Positions 41,608 to 55,200 are shown, numbered from the stretch's first letter. The stretch: 64,000 bases of DNA from Chlorokybus atmophyticus (GCA_009103225.1 RHPI01003156.1:1174159-1238158), one strand, 5' to 3'. Numbers and translations are program-made. Notes: generated from the letters alone by a model not told the origin.

Positions 41608-44325
41608 CTATTCCACAGGCAATGTGACGTCGGGTACTTCAATGACTGTCTTGAGCTCGGAATCTAGCCATTGAGGGGTGGGAAGGCCCTTGGATTTCAA
41701 GAACGAGGGGTTGTATATCTTGCCGGCGTAGCGCGTGCCGTAGTCGCACAGGATTGTGACAATTGTGTGCCCGGGGCCAAGGTGCTTGGCCAATTTGATA
41801 GCACCTGCAATTGAGGCAAGCAGACAGAGAGTGAGTCAGTCCTGTAACTTCAACCTGCACTGAGACACAAGTTGTGGAGTTTGCAGTTGAGACACACGCA
41901 GTTGTAAGTCCTGTCAGAAGTCTGCTACAGTCATAGACCACTGACCTGCAACATTGATGCCAGTGGAGCTGCCCATGACCAGCCCCTCATACTGCAGCAA
42001 GTCGTACATCACAGGCAGCGCTTCAGCATCTGTAACCTGTACATGATACAAGCAAAAGTGACACAGAGCCCATACCACTGTTGCATGTCAACCTGCACTG
42101 AGACATACGCAGATACGCACATGCGTGTGCATGCACAAGCACATGCAGACGCACACTTGAAGCCTAAGTGTACTGTACTCTAGACACAAGCACTGCTGAA
42201 AATGACGTCTCACCTGGCACTGCCAATCAACGGAGCCGCCATCACGAGCAGGCTCGCCCCATGCTTGCAAATTTCCTGTGATGCGCCCTTGGCCGATGCC
42301 CTCACTGATCTGCAAACCAACAATAATGTGTATTGCTCACTGCATCAGCAACGTGTGGCTGAGATAAGCACAGCTGCGCCCTCGTACCGAGCTGCCTTCG
42401 GACTTAAGCTCGCCATGGTCATAATAGTTGTACAACGCTGCTCCCATGGGATCCGCCAACCCAATCGTGATGTTCGCGTTCTTCTCCTTTAGATACTGCA
42501 GCAGTCAATCGCAAACACAATCACACACACGCCAACAAGTCGAGCTGATTTGACTCAAGATAGACCAACCTTGTAGACTTACGTGTCCAACTCCCGCGAG
42601 CGTACCCCCCGTACCAACAGCGCAAATGAAAGCATCCACCTTGCCTTGTGTTTGCCGCCAGATCTCAGGGCCTGCACGGGAGAGGCTCAGCTGGTGATGG
42701 ACACCATCTTTTGCAACAGCTCTTGCAAGAGGCCTTACCAGTTGTTTCATAATGCGCCCTTCTGTTGGCCTGATTGTCAAACTGGTTTCCAAAAATAGCA
42801 CCTGTGGGGTGAGTCTGCCACACACATGAGCATTAAAGATATTGTCATTATGGGCGCAAAGGCAGCTTTGAGCACTTTGGGCACTTTCACTCAGATCATA
42901 TCTGCAGTCAACCTTGCCCATCATACGCGGACACGTGTATCCTGCAAAAGAGGCATGCGGTGATGCTGAACTAGGTTGACGCCCCTCACCTTAGCCAACT
43001 GCTCTGCAAGACGGCCAGCGTACTTCACATAGTTGTTCGGGTTTTTGTATGGCACAGCTGGCACCTGCACTAGCTCTGCTCCTGCAAACGTCAACATGTC
43101 CTTTTTCTCCTGCTCACAGGCCGCAACACAGACGCACAGCTGAGACCCGCATGTGCTTGCAAGGGCAAACATCTTGAGGACATGTGTGCATGGGTGTTAT
43201 GCTACCTGGCTTTGCGTGTTGGGTATGACGATAACAGTCTTGTAACCCTTTGCATTCGCAACGAGCGCCAGGCCAATGCCTGTGTTGCCGGCTGTGCCCT
43301 CCACAATGATGCCGCCCGGCTTCAGCAAGCCTCTTTCCTCTGCATCCTTAAAGCGGGGAAAGGGGAGAACATCACACGCAATTGTTGGATAGACATGCCA
43401 ACGTTTCATGATAATTGCAGTTGAAAGAGTAATGTTGTTTGGTGGTCCGACAAGGCGCGTACCTTGATGATGTAGAGCGCAGCACGGTCCTTGACAGAGC
43501 TGCCAGGGTTGAGAAACTCCGCCTGGCAGCAGTTGCACAAGATAAAGGAGCAGTGGTGGTTGAGGTAGCTGGTCAATGCATTGAGCAGCTACCTCTGCTG
43601 ACGCAGCTCGAGTGTTTAGGCAATCGCATTGCAAACTGCGTATAAGTTCAAGCGAGTGTCAGCACACCTTGCCGTATATATTGCATCCGGTTTCTTCTGA
43701 GGCTCGGCGCAGCTTGATCAACGGCGTGTTACCAATCTGCAAAATACACGCAAAGGTGCTTGCAACTTGGTGAATTACAGACCCACACAACCAAACGATA
43801 CAGTAACGCGCATGCAGCAGGTGCAGTATGCCGCAGCTGTATGCTTGATACACACAACGGCACAGCATACCAAGTGCATGACTGGTTGATGGGTGCGTGC
43901 TTGTTAACGCACCGTTTCAATGAACCCATCTCGAACGCCAAAGTCCACAGGAGCTTCCACAGTCACGCCTGAAGCTCCTGCCGCCGCCGCCATGACGGCG
44001 CCCTGGCGACGACCTTTCTGCACAGCCAGCGTCATTGACAGCAAGTACAGAACTGGTATCTCTCAGATAACAAGCAGCAGGAGGGACCCTCCGGCGCACT
44101 GGGCTGCGAAGCATCCAATGCAGCTACATGGCTCTCAGCATGAGCCAGATCTGGTCTGCCAGACCAGACCAGACCAAGGCTGCAGGCGGCGCTTACCAGC
44201 GTCACTGTTCGTGGAAGTCGGCGGTGGCGGTGTCTAACGGAGGCAGCAACAGCACCCGCAGCCGTGCGCCGTACCTGCAGGCCCACAGACAATCCCGCCA
44301 CTGCCACCACCGCCGACACCGCCAT
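41608..44325 (-). CDS. Second cysteine synthase, alphaproteobacterial/fungal type, with N-terminal organelle-targeting extension
   Basis: [134 protein letters not shown]...KGLPTP.WL. About 12 spliced exons; first exon is Ala/Arg/Val-rich. Confidence 0.9.
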
Positions 44326-44949
44326 GCACGAGCTGACTGCTGCATCAGTTGGCAGTGACTGCTCACGTTCCCAGTTCGGTTGAAACCGAACTTGCAAGTT
44401 CAGTTGCAACATCATGCATGTTGAAGCGATTTTGCTATGCTTCCGCCTTCACATTGATTGGAGTATGGTAAAGCGCAATGCACTGCTATGTGCCCACGGT
44501 GGACACTCCTGGGTGGGAAGCCCACCACTGTGATCCGGGATGTGGGGGCCGCATCATACCGCATACAAAAACAACCTACTTCCCAACTTAAGTGTCGCAT
44601 GACGTAAGTGTAGGCCGTAGCTAAGTGCATTCAAGCAAAATGAGACCGAGGTGAACTAAACGTTAGCGTGCATCATATTTGTGCCACCAACATGTAATAT
44701 CATGGTCGATTACTGCTGCATTTACCATCGCTGTCCATCTGCATGATGCAATGTAGCAATAGTGGATACAGCAGCAATACCAAGTTTGACAATGTAATTA
44801 GCTGAAGGACTGCGTGAACCGGTTGCATGTGGCATTAAAGTTAGAGCCCCGGCAGTTGTTTGCGGTGTACTAGAGTCGCTACATGCATTTGCAGCTAGCA
44901 ATAATGTACACAAATATTGTTGAAGCTTTCGAGATGCGTAGAACATATC

Positions 44950-47800
44950 GTTTAATACAAAAGGTGGAGTCCGCTGTCATATGACCTAATTGGCAATGTG
45001 TAAACCATCGGTTGAACAGTGGTGCACTTTTACCACGCTATGCAAATCATATAAACATATAAAATTGCGTACAAGTACAACACCATGTGGCAGCCTACTG
45101 GCAGTATTTAACATTATTGTCAACAGAGCGGTTATCGTAAGCTCGGTTTCCGTAGCGAATGTACCCAAAGCCCTAACATTCACAAGCCCCTAACCTGGCC
45201 GTTGCGACGGAAAAAGGTTCTGTAATCTGTAAGGTTCTGTAATAACTTATTCATTGTACGTTTACATACTTATTATGATATACATTATTTATATGCATAG
45301 CCGTTCTCGACCGTCTACAAGTTTATGATCAGCTGTTCAAAATCGCGACATGAGGTTATCTTAGCGTCAGTTGGCATAATGCATCCATTTGCAAGCCCCC
45401 CTGCTTTAATGAAGTCTTAAGCCCCCCCTGTAGTGCTGNTGACGCCAAATGCACTTAACGGAAAAAGACGAACGATTTCCGCCATTGCGATATATTACAA
45501 TTACCCCCCCCTCCCTTGGTCAAAAATGAAGTAACCGTCATAAAATATAACGGGGGCTTGTCTACAAATAAAATACAGTAGTGCGCATAAGAGAAGCGCA
45601 TCGAGGAAAAGCATTATAACTATGCTTATGCATAGTTTATAAGCACAGTCTATGCTTAGCACTAATATGGTTATGACCCATTTGGTTTTACGGTAACTTG
45701 CGTTGAACCCCCAACCATGAAAGGCAGTCTCAGTTGTAGTTAAAATAGGCAGGCATATGCATGCGCAAAAGGGCCAGTGGTGTGCTGTGCTGCAAGCGCC
45801 AATAGCTTTTGTCACCTCCAGCCCAAGTATACATCAGGGTTACGCCATGCACAACTGACATCAAATTGCAAATTACATAGGCAGAGCAATAAGGTCATGA
45901 AATTTGCAATTCAGGCAACTTACCTATTTAAATATCGTTGCTAATTTGCATCACATAGTTCGCAAAACAACCGACATTAAAATCGTCGTAAACATAAATG
46001 TTGCCAACATCTTCACGATGCTAAATTACAACCTTCGAAAAACTTGTATATGCCGCGCTTATATCATGCATAATATGAGTGAACTTGTAGCAATGCAGCA
46101 ACATCCACAAACTTGTAGCCATAAACTATTTACAAAGTTAATGCATATTTATACGGAAGATCTTAATCAAAGTATGTTAATAACGCTATCATGCTTTTAT
46201 CCCCCCCCCCCCCCCCCCCNCTTTTTAAGATAGAACACCCCGTTTCGTAACTTATCGAAAGTAGGTGGAGAAGCAACTTACATGAATTTTACATGAAATA
46301 ATGACTGTGGATTGAGCTAAAGGTAAAGTCTGTAAACAGCACCCGAACAAGGAAATGTAATAAATTACTAGAGCATTAAAAGCACGTAATGTGTTTTGTG
46401 GCCATGCCACGAGACGACTCGATAATAACGCCACAATGGCCACAAAGCACACTTCGTGCTTTTGTGGCCTAATGGTTCTTTACAGACAATGTGATGAGTA
46501 AACGTACAAGTGTCTATAGATGATGTCCAACATTTAAACGCGTTTGGTGAGGTATATCAAACTGTAGGGAGAGGAGCAGTCCATTCATATGCCAAATTGG
46601 TATTGCCCTTCATTATTTTGCAATATTAGTGATAGCTACTTTATAACCGCTGACAGGAAGGGGGGGGGGGATCAGACCTACACAATATTATGCGTGTACG
46701 TGTGCCTTATTATCATTATGATAATAGGTATTTAATTTCAAGTAAATGAGTTTTATGTTACATTGTTCAATATTCAACGGTGTGGCTGTCGCATTCGTGT
46801 GCGGGATTATGCCATACATGTGAATGGAGATGCGTGTTAAATGACTTATGATGCAAGCTTTAATGTTGATAAGAAGGTAACATGTATAAAGCAGCACCAA
46901 TCAAAGCATATTAAGCACATCATAAGCGGCGCCGTATCAAGCGTTAACTTCACTCTCATGGATGCTTAAGAAAACATGACATATATACATTGTATTATTA
47001 TTAATACACTTGCAAAAGTCATTAATTGCTATATACACTTCACAAGGCAGCGACGGTTTTTACCAGTGCCTACATCGCACATGTTCGTAGTGATACAATT
47101 TATGTAACTACACACTATATGACTGCAATAAAGTTAATGGTATTAAATACTATGATAGAGAAATTATCTTTATTTACACTCGCAATTTTTGTAGCTCTGT
47201 GTATATGTAATAACAAATATGTACATTCATTGTTTAATACTCATTATACATGCTAGATGCCACAGTAAGCCGCCCATTTTTGTGACTTTGCTAACTGTGG
47301 CGCTACTCACACAGGTGAGGCGCCGTATCTTGACACTCTCGTTTGTTTGCTGTATCGTGAGGGGCCCAACACACTTTTGTGCTTATTGCTTGCTATCTTG
47401 CTTGCTACTGACACCAACTTGCACTGCTAGCCCTTATTCTGTTCAATTTGCTTGACTGCTGTAATTGTTGAAGTCATTATTGAGTGATTGTGGTTATTAA
47501 CTTTAGCTTGTGCCACACTCTTTGCGTACATATGTACATCATGCGAGTCGCATACCTCAACCTATAGCAAGTTTACATCAAAGGCTATTAATTTATAAAA
47601 TACAACTTCATTTGTGCACACGCGCAATACTTAACTTGTTAAACAGCACGGTAATTGCACGACATCTTACATTTTGTAAACGCAACAAAACAAGAAGCAC
47701 CTTAGTTGCACATAAGCTAACCAGGGTTGTGTATCGACCTTCTTAACATGTTCTTTTAGCCTTTGCTTGTTCAGCAAGCCTCGTGACAGGCCTTCATGAA
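44950..47800. repeat. AT-rich repetitive region with poly-C/G runs and single-N scaffold joins, probably a non-autonomous transposon relic
   Basis: N at 45439 and 46220; poly-C at 46201-46219; poly-G at ~46660-46670. A 64-bp segment (45440-45503) is identical to 54712-54775. Shared GGCGCCGTATC blocks at ~46928 and ~47320. No credible CDS. Confidence 0.45.
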
Positions 47801-48436
47801 GCATGGCATGACATTGGATGCCCTCAGCGGCTGAAGCGGTTCAGTGAGCCCATGACGAACCTCAGTTGAACACGCGCGCGCGCGCAATGAAAACACTTCT
47901 TGCCCCCAGCAGCAGTCAATCTACTGAACAGGACAAGCCTTCTGATTGGTCGGGACGCAATATCCTTTGGGCTGTCATTCGCGTGAGAGGGAGACACAGA
48001 CGCACTCAGTCCGTTCGTTCGTTCGTTTGTTGTCGCGCAAACAACCCGTGCCCCAAATTTCCACTCGCGCAATCCGACGGTTCTGCAACACCGCGTCTCG
48101 CAATCGCACGGCTGGACCTCGACCCGCAACCGTCCGCACACACGGTCGATAATTAGCGTGCCGGTCCTATCGGGAGTGGCAAACCGGCTGCGACAGCCTA
48201 AAGCACAGCCGGTTGTTACCGACGCTGCCCTCACCGTCGTATTGGCTGCAGGAGGTTCCAGCCCAAGGGCAGTGCAGGCGATTAAGTAAAGCCCGTCGGG
48301 AGGATAGCAGATAGGGTTGTACATTGCAGGAGAAGTGGCAGGCAACAGGGTGTGAGCGGTGTCGTCGGTGTGGGCGGCGTCAGCGGCAGGGTCAGGGCGC
48401 GGTTTCAGGCGGTTGAGGGGCGTGCTGGTAGGAACC

Positions 48437-49802
48437 ATGGCGGCGTTGGCGGCGTCTCAGTTCCTGGGCTCGAAGTTGGAGTCGGCTGCGCCCGTCGTCG
48501 GTAGGCAGGTGCAGGCCCGGCGCACGCTCACAATCGTCGCCGCCACCAAGAAGTCCACCGGCACCAAGAATGTCGTCGCCAAGCAGGCTAAGAAGGCCGC
48601 CAATGCCCTCAGCGATGCCATCAAGCCCCAGGTGGGCAAGATGAGCAGAAACCTCGAGCGCTACGGCCGCGAGCTGTGGCTCCCCAACATCGACCCCCCG
48701 GAATGGCTCGACGGCTCCATGGTTGGTAAGTGCTGGCACTACTCGCATTGCTTGTGAATCAGGCTTGGTGGCCCATGCAAATGGACTGTATCGCGGAACG
48801 ACGAACACACATGCATGCAGCGAATGCATGCAGCACAATGCAGCCTTCTTTGCACTGCATTGCACACGTGCACGTGCAATGCAGTGCATGCTATCAGATT
48901 CAAAAGCAACAGTTTAGGCGTGGTGTGTAATGCATTGGCCTACAACAAAATTTTGTCTAAGCAGTCGTCCTCATCATTACCCAGTATGGCTTGCTGCAGC
49001 TGCGAGACTGCTAGAAACCATTCTTATTGTTATGTGCAGGTGACCGCGGCTTCGATCCCCTGGGTCTTTCCAAGCCTGCTGAGTACCTGCAAGTTGACCT
49101 TGACGATCTGGACCAGAACGCCGCTGTCAACAAGGCTGGTGATCTTCTGGGCACTATCAAGAGCTCCGGCGTTGCTGTTGACTCTGGCTCACTGCAGGTA
49201 CAATGTACCCTGGCATGTGTGTGTGGTTGAGTGATCATCATGTCTGCCTTGTGCTAAGTGTTGTTTGCCTGCAGCCATACAATGAGGTATTTGATATTAA
49301 GCGGTTCCGCGAGTGCGAGCTGATCCACGGACGGTGGGCCATGCTTGCTGTCCTTGGTGCTCTTGTCGCTGAGCTGAGCACTGGCGTGAGCTGGTATGAT
49401 GCCGGTAAGGTCGAGCTGGACAACACCCAGTACCTTGGCCTCTCCCTTCCCTTCACAATCACCCAGCTTTGCGTTATCGAGGCTGTGCTCGTTGGCTGGA
49501 TCGAGATCCTGCGCAACGGGGGTGAGTGCTTGCATTATACATGCTATGCATGTGATTGGTAGGTCATTTTTGACTTAGCTGACGGTCTGCCTGGTACAGA
49601 GAACAACCCCGAGAAGCGGTGCTACCCTGGAGGTGTCTTTGATCCCCTGGGCCTTGCCAGCGACCCCGAGCGTGCTTTTGCTCTGAAGACTGCTGAGATC
49701 AAGCACGCCAGGCTTGCTATGGTTGCTGCCTTTGGCTTTGCTGCCCAGGCTGCGTTCTCCGGCTCAACCTCGCCCCTGAACAACCTCAAGTTTTTGGGTT
49801 AG
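48437..49802 (+). CDS. LHCB4: Photosystem II minor antenna CP29
   Basis: Four exons. [35 protein letters not shown], the CP29-specific DQN..N.AGD loop, [50 protein letters not shown]. Confidence 0.95.
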
Positions 49803-50139
49803 ATTGTCTCATTGTGCACCAAACACTGATACATCCCGCCCCACCCTGCAGCCACAATACCTCACCATACCTCAGTTGCTGATGCGAGTAGTACTTGCGT
49901 CCTATAAGGCTCGGACTAGCGCTGGTTACATATGTCTTGTATAAATTTTCTTTGCAATGTAGCTTGCAATTTGTGCATCCAAGGCAGTTTTGTTTGTTTA
50001 GTGTGATGATCTCACGCTGGGCTGTTATTTTCTGCAAGCGCCAGCAGGACCGTGAACTTGATACATATGTACATGCGTGTTGGCATAGTGAAGGGTGCAT
50101 CACCGTCAAAAACTCATCATATACAGGCAGTACAGATGA

Positions 50140-50305
50140 TGTGGGGAGTGATGTACTGGTAGGCGGCTTGAGCCGCAAGCAAAGCCCTCTAGTGGCCGCT
50201 GACCACAGCCGTGGTGCAGGTGACTAACCTGACTATTCGTGCATACATGACTACTGGGTAAGGTACTTGCAGTGTCCTTGTCGTAAATAGATTTAGCCCG
50301 GTGGT
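50140..50305 (+). repeat. Dispersed repeat copy ending in TAGCCCGGTGGT
   Basis: GCCGTGGTGCAGGTGACT at ~50208-50225 and TAGCCCGGTGGT at 50294-50305. Confidence 0.5.
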
Positions 50306-50843
50306 GTTGTGACATGAGTGCAAGCAAATGTGGATTGCTTCACATTGTACATGTCGCTTGCCTGTTTTAGACCATGCATGCCGGCATAGCATCTTACCCC
50401 TTTTGTATTACATGGACATGTAGGTGTCTGATTATCAGCTGCCACGATGCTTTGTTGACAATACATGCACGGTTGTGCCCCAATAGGTGTGTGAGCGTCA
50501 CAATTGCCTCTGTAGTTGGGGGCCTTTGGACCATTGTGAACTTTCATTATGCATGGCTGCGACATGTTGAGCAAATGCGGACTGTGGATTGACAGTAGCG
50601 GCAGTTTGCAATGCATCAGCAGGCGGGAAAATGGATACAGTGTAGCATCCATCTGCATGTCAACGTTCACAGTAATGACACCATTTTCAGGTGCAAACTT
50701 TTGCTTATGTTCCTCAATGAGATGTGTAAACTCACCGCGGGTGTACCATCGAGGGCTAGTAGCCATGCTGATGGTGAGCCAACGGACAGTAATGACGAAA
50801 CTAGTGGCCAACGATACCAAACAACGTTTCGAAACCGCCGCTA

Positions 50844-52459
50844 GGTCAAGTCCCCTAGTTTGGGAACGACCCCTAATTTGGGGGTTCGCCGTTTTTAGGT
50901 GATATCTGCCGGCCTGCTTGGTCTTTCCCGGCCATATTATAGGGGTGGATAGCTCTCGTGAAGACCTACCCAACGAACCCATAACCTCCTGCAACGGCCT
51001 AGTAGGGCGGGAGTTTTGAATTTTCAAATAATGGAATTTCATTGTTCAAAACGGGGTGATGCTTACTCAAACTTTGTAGTGTTACAACTTTTGCATATGT
51101 TCACCAATTTGTATGATTGTTTTTGTGTTGCGTTTGTATTGGTTAGGAGAGCTTATTTTTTAAGTTTTATGCTATTCTACGCGGTAATGAGAAAGTTACA
51201 AATTTTATAGTTTTGGGGCAACGCGTAACTTTTGCCAATGAGAGTGACTTGTGCAAATGGCCATTGCTGGTGCTACAAATGCGTAGAAGGCCGTGTTTGG
51301 TGTTGTTAGGTGAGCTGCATTGCTACAATCTCCTCTTGGTTGAGTGTTGGGGGTGTAGTTGAGGCTAGCACATTGGGGGGTTGAGTTATGCGGAGTGGGT
51401 GAAGGGGAGGAAGAGAGTGAGTTGCTGTGAAGTTAGATGTTGCAGTGTAGAGACGGGCCAGAAGCAGTCCAAGCAGTCACAAAGCAGTACAGCATCAGAG
51501 TTGCATTGCCAAGTTGCTAGGGCTACAAGGATAGACTCTACCTCGACAAGTAAAAACTCTGCCTCTGCCTCTACTCCATGGTGCACAGCAACTCCGCCAG
51601 GGTGGGTGTATTCACTGGCTTGGCATGCTGATCATCATTGTGGCCACTTGCCACTCAGACAACCCTGTGCATCACCCTGCTGGTGCACTAATACGCCACT
51701 ACATTCAGGGCAAGCGTGTGAAGGCCAAGACACCCGTAGCGCGTAGGAGGAAGAGGAGCCACAACAACTACGGAGACATGGATGAAGAAATCCAGCGCGC
51801 AGTCGCCAGCATCAAGCAGGGCTGCATGAATGTCAGTGATGCAGTTAAGGATCTGGGCATACCAGACACAACCATGCGGAGGTTTGTGGCTCAGAAATAT
51901 TCCCTCCCCCAGTACAAGTAAGTACATCACCTGCGAATGCTGCTATGCACTGTTAGCAAAGTGAGCACACATAGTCACTGATGCATGTGCATGTACATCA
52001 GGTTTGCTGGTGCACCCACCATGTTTACTGAGAGTGAGGAGGAAGACTTAGCAGAGTTTGTAAGAGCATGCAACAGATGGGGTCGAGGCATGACATGGAC
52101 AGAAATTTGCATATAAGCGGGTAAAAGACTTGATGGTGATGACAGAGCAAAGCTGCTGAAGGGAGGAGTACCTGGCAAGCGGCGGTTTGAGGGCTTCAAG
52201 AGAAGGAAAAGCCTTGTCACCAGAAAGGCAGAACCCCTCGATAAGTCCCGAAGGGTATTCCTTAACAAGCATGTCGTGTATCATTACTTTGAGATGCTGG
52301 CAGACACGGTGAAGAAGCTTGGAGTGGGGCCAGAGAGGATTACATCCGCTGATGAAGTTGGTATTAAGCCTGACACCAGCATGCAGAACCAAAAAATCAT
52401 TTGCGAAAGGTACAAGTTGTTAGGAAGCACGCACACACATGCACTCCGTTTCTATTGTG

Positions 52460-52491
<32 letters not shown>

Positions 52492-54449
52492 GCATGCACA
52501 GACATTCACAACTCCACCACACACATGCATACACATGTTCATGCACACGACTTACAATTTACCGACCTGTGCGCAGTGGGGCCAAGTGGGCGCAGGCTGC
52601 CACCACTGGCAGCCGAGAATATATCACCCTGATGTGCGCCGTCACTGGAGGTGGCCTCGATGTCCCTCCTCTCGTCATCATTAAGGGGCAACGTTTGACA
52701 GTGGATGTCAAGGACTTTGATGTACCTGGAGCCAGATTTGCAGCCCAGGAGAATGCTTGGATGACCACCGACATTTTCGAAATCGGGATCAGAAAGCTGG
52801 CGGAGTGGATGCCAGGTGGAGTGAGCCCCACGAAGCCTTCACTGTTAGTGGTGGACGGGCATGTGAGTAGATACAATGCATGATCCGCTACGCTCAAGAC
52901 AAGGGCTTGCACATCCTCATCCTTCCACCCCACACCACGCATAGCCTTCAAGTACTAGATGTATCCTGCTTCCACCCTTTCAAGGAAGCCTACAGGAAGA
53001 AGTATAAATTGCGCCAGGAGACCAGGTACAAGCATGAACTCAGTCGCAAGGAGTTTTTGAGGCTGCTTGTGAAGCCTTATTACGCTAGGTTATCTCCTGC
53101 CAACATCATCGCTGGGTTCCGCGCATGTGGGTTATAGCCACTCAACATGCATGCACTCGACAAGTACGTCACAAATGCCCCCCCACCCCCTCCTGGCCTG
53201 TCATGCCTGCTGGACGCAATTGAGAAGGGCGATGAGGATGTGGACAACGACAACAACAACAACAACAGCAATGCGGACAACAGCAACAACAACTACACTG
53301 CAGAGGAAGGCGCCACAAACTCTGAAGCAACAGCAAAACGCAAGAGAGGTTTCAAAACCTCGCAGCTGCTCGCCAGCGACGAGATCGTTGAAGCGCTTGA
53401 AACACAGGATGCAAAAAAGGCAGATAAGGAGAGAGCAGTTCAAGCACGCAAGGCAGCAGCCAAGACTCGCAAAGAAGAGGCAACAAAAGCACAAGCAGCA
53501 AAGGCAGAGCGTGTGCAAACCAAGAAGAAAACAAGCTGCCTTGAGAAGATTGCTATTTGAGACAGAGAAGGCAGCAAAGAAGCAGGCCAAGCTGGACGTT
53601 GAGAGAGAAAGACAACAGCAACAGCAAAAGGCGCAACAAAAAGCACAGCAAGCAGAGAGGCAAGGGAGAGAACAGCAAAAGAGGCAACAGACCTGATCAT
53701 GCGGTATGAGTGGGATCTAATGCAATGCAACAACCAGCTTGGAGACCCCCTGTGGGATTACGCTGAGGAGTTCTCCTAGCGCCACCTTGGCCTTGATCCA
53801 GCCCCCAACGCAGCAGCGAAGGAGGCAGGCCTCCGCTGGAGACAGAAGCGGAAGCGCCAGCAAACCAACACCCACACACCACCCTAGACTATTAGCCTAA
53901 GCTGCTAGGCATAGGACACTAGGACCATTCTTGTACATACACATGCACGCATGATTGTGTGACCTGCGCTTGCTGTCGCCTATGCCCGCATGCATGCTGC
54001 CGCTCACGAGCACAACACCAGCAACAACCTTGCAACTCCCGCCACTTTTGCGGCAAAACTTGGCGGTTGCGCAAAGGCTGCAGCTCAATGGCCTGCACAC
54101 AACCCCTATCACAGCCTGCCTCTCAGCCTGCACTTGCTGGCCACAGCCACTTCACAATGGCTGCGGCCAGCAAGCTGATGGGACTCAAGAAAGGCTTACT
54201 GCGCCTGTCAGCCTTTCCCGAGTCCCCAAATTAGGGCAAACTCACTTCAGGGGTCAGACCCCTTTGGTAGCCTACTTTGGCGCCACATAGCTGACGCAAA
54301 TACTGCGCCAAAAAATATAAAAGAATAACCACTTCGTAGCCTATAAACGCAGCTACACATCATATATACACATCACCGCCAACAAATGAGCCAATCAGGA
54401 GCTACAAGCTTGAAACCTCAATTCATCCCCAAATTAGGGGACTTGACCC
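50844..54449 (+). mobile_element. pogo/Fot1-like Tc1-mariner DNA transposon, full length but defective, with intron-containing transposase
   Basis: TIRs GGTCAAGTCCCCTAGTTTGGG / CCCAAATTAGGGGACTTGACCC flanked by TA on both sides, with an inner CCCCTAATTTGGG repeat. HTH_psq (AVASIKQGCMNVSDAVKDLGIPDTTMRR), CENP-B-type HTH, DDE_1 (SADEVG, QENAWMT, LLVVDGHVS, LPPHTTHSLQVLDVSCFHPFK). Introns at ~51918-52002 and ~52410-52577. In-frame stops (e.g. 53135-53137) and a frameshift near 52880. Confidence 0.9.
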
Positions 54450-54610
54450 TACCTCTTGTTTTGCGACAACACTACAATTTTATTGCGCATTGTTGAAAAT
54501 TTGATAGACCCACAAGTGCCGTTTTGCCGCCGCCACCGCCTCTCCAGACATTATAAGACAATAATTCGGTTGCGAGACGTCGTTGCTATCAGCCGCCATC
54601 AGTGACCAGA

Positions 54611-55200
54611 GTTACCACGGTTACGGTTACGGGCTCAATTACGGTTACGGTTACGGAAAAGGCGGCCACACGCGCTACGTGCATCACATTCATAGTATAC
54701 GTCACACCATGTGACGCCAAATGCACTTAACGGAAAAAGACGAACGATTTCCGCCATTGCGATATATTACAATTAACCGCGGTGCCTGAATATCATACGA
54801 TCTCACGTAGGTGACACTCACAAAGCCGCCTTATTTGTGCATTAAACACGCACGTTAACATACATGCGGCGTCTCAGTACACGGCGGCGTTACATCACGA
54901 TGTACATCACGTCACGCGGCGCGGCAAACTACATCTAATTACATGGCGGCATCACATTATAACTTTAATATACACACATGTTAAGGTAAAGATTAAGCTA
55001 CAATTTGAGACAATCAGTATCCACCGTTGCTATAGATCACAGTGGACCACGGTGCCTGCGCACCGTACGATCAAAAGTAGGCAGCACAGAAGACGCCTTA
55101 TTAGTGCACTATACACACACGTTAAGATAGACGCGCCGTTTTAGGTACACGGCGGCGTCACATCACGGCGCGCATCACGTCACGCGGCGCGGAAAACCTA
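54611..55200. repeat. (GGTTAC)n array, the 64-bp dispersed repeat and a 268-bp-period degenerate direct repeat
   Basis: GGTTAC units at 54611-54656. GTACACGGCGGCGT at 54877 and 55145; CATCACGTCACGCGGCGCGG at 54905 and 55173. Confidence 0.75.

Noticed and set aside
45440-54775. LTR pair enclosing LHCB4
   Set aside because: Only 64 bp match, no TG..CA termini, PBS or PPT, and no gag/pol.
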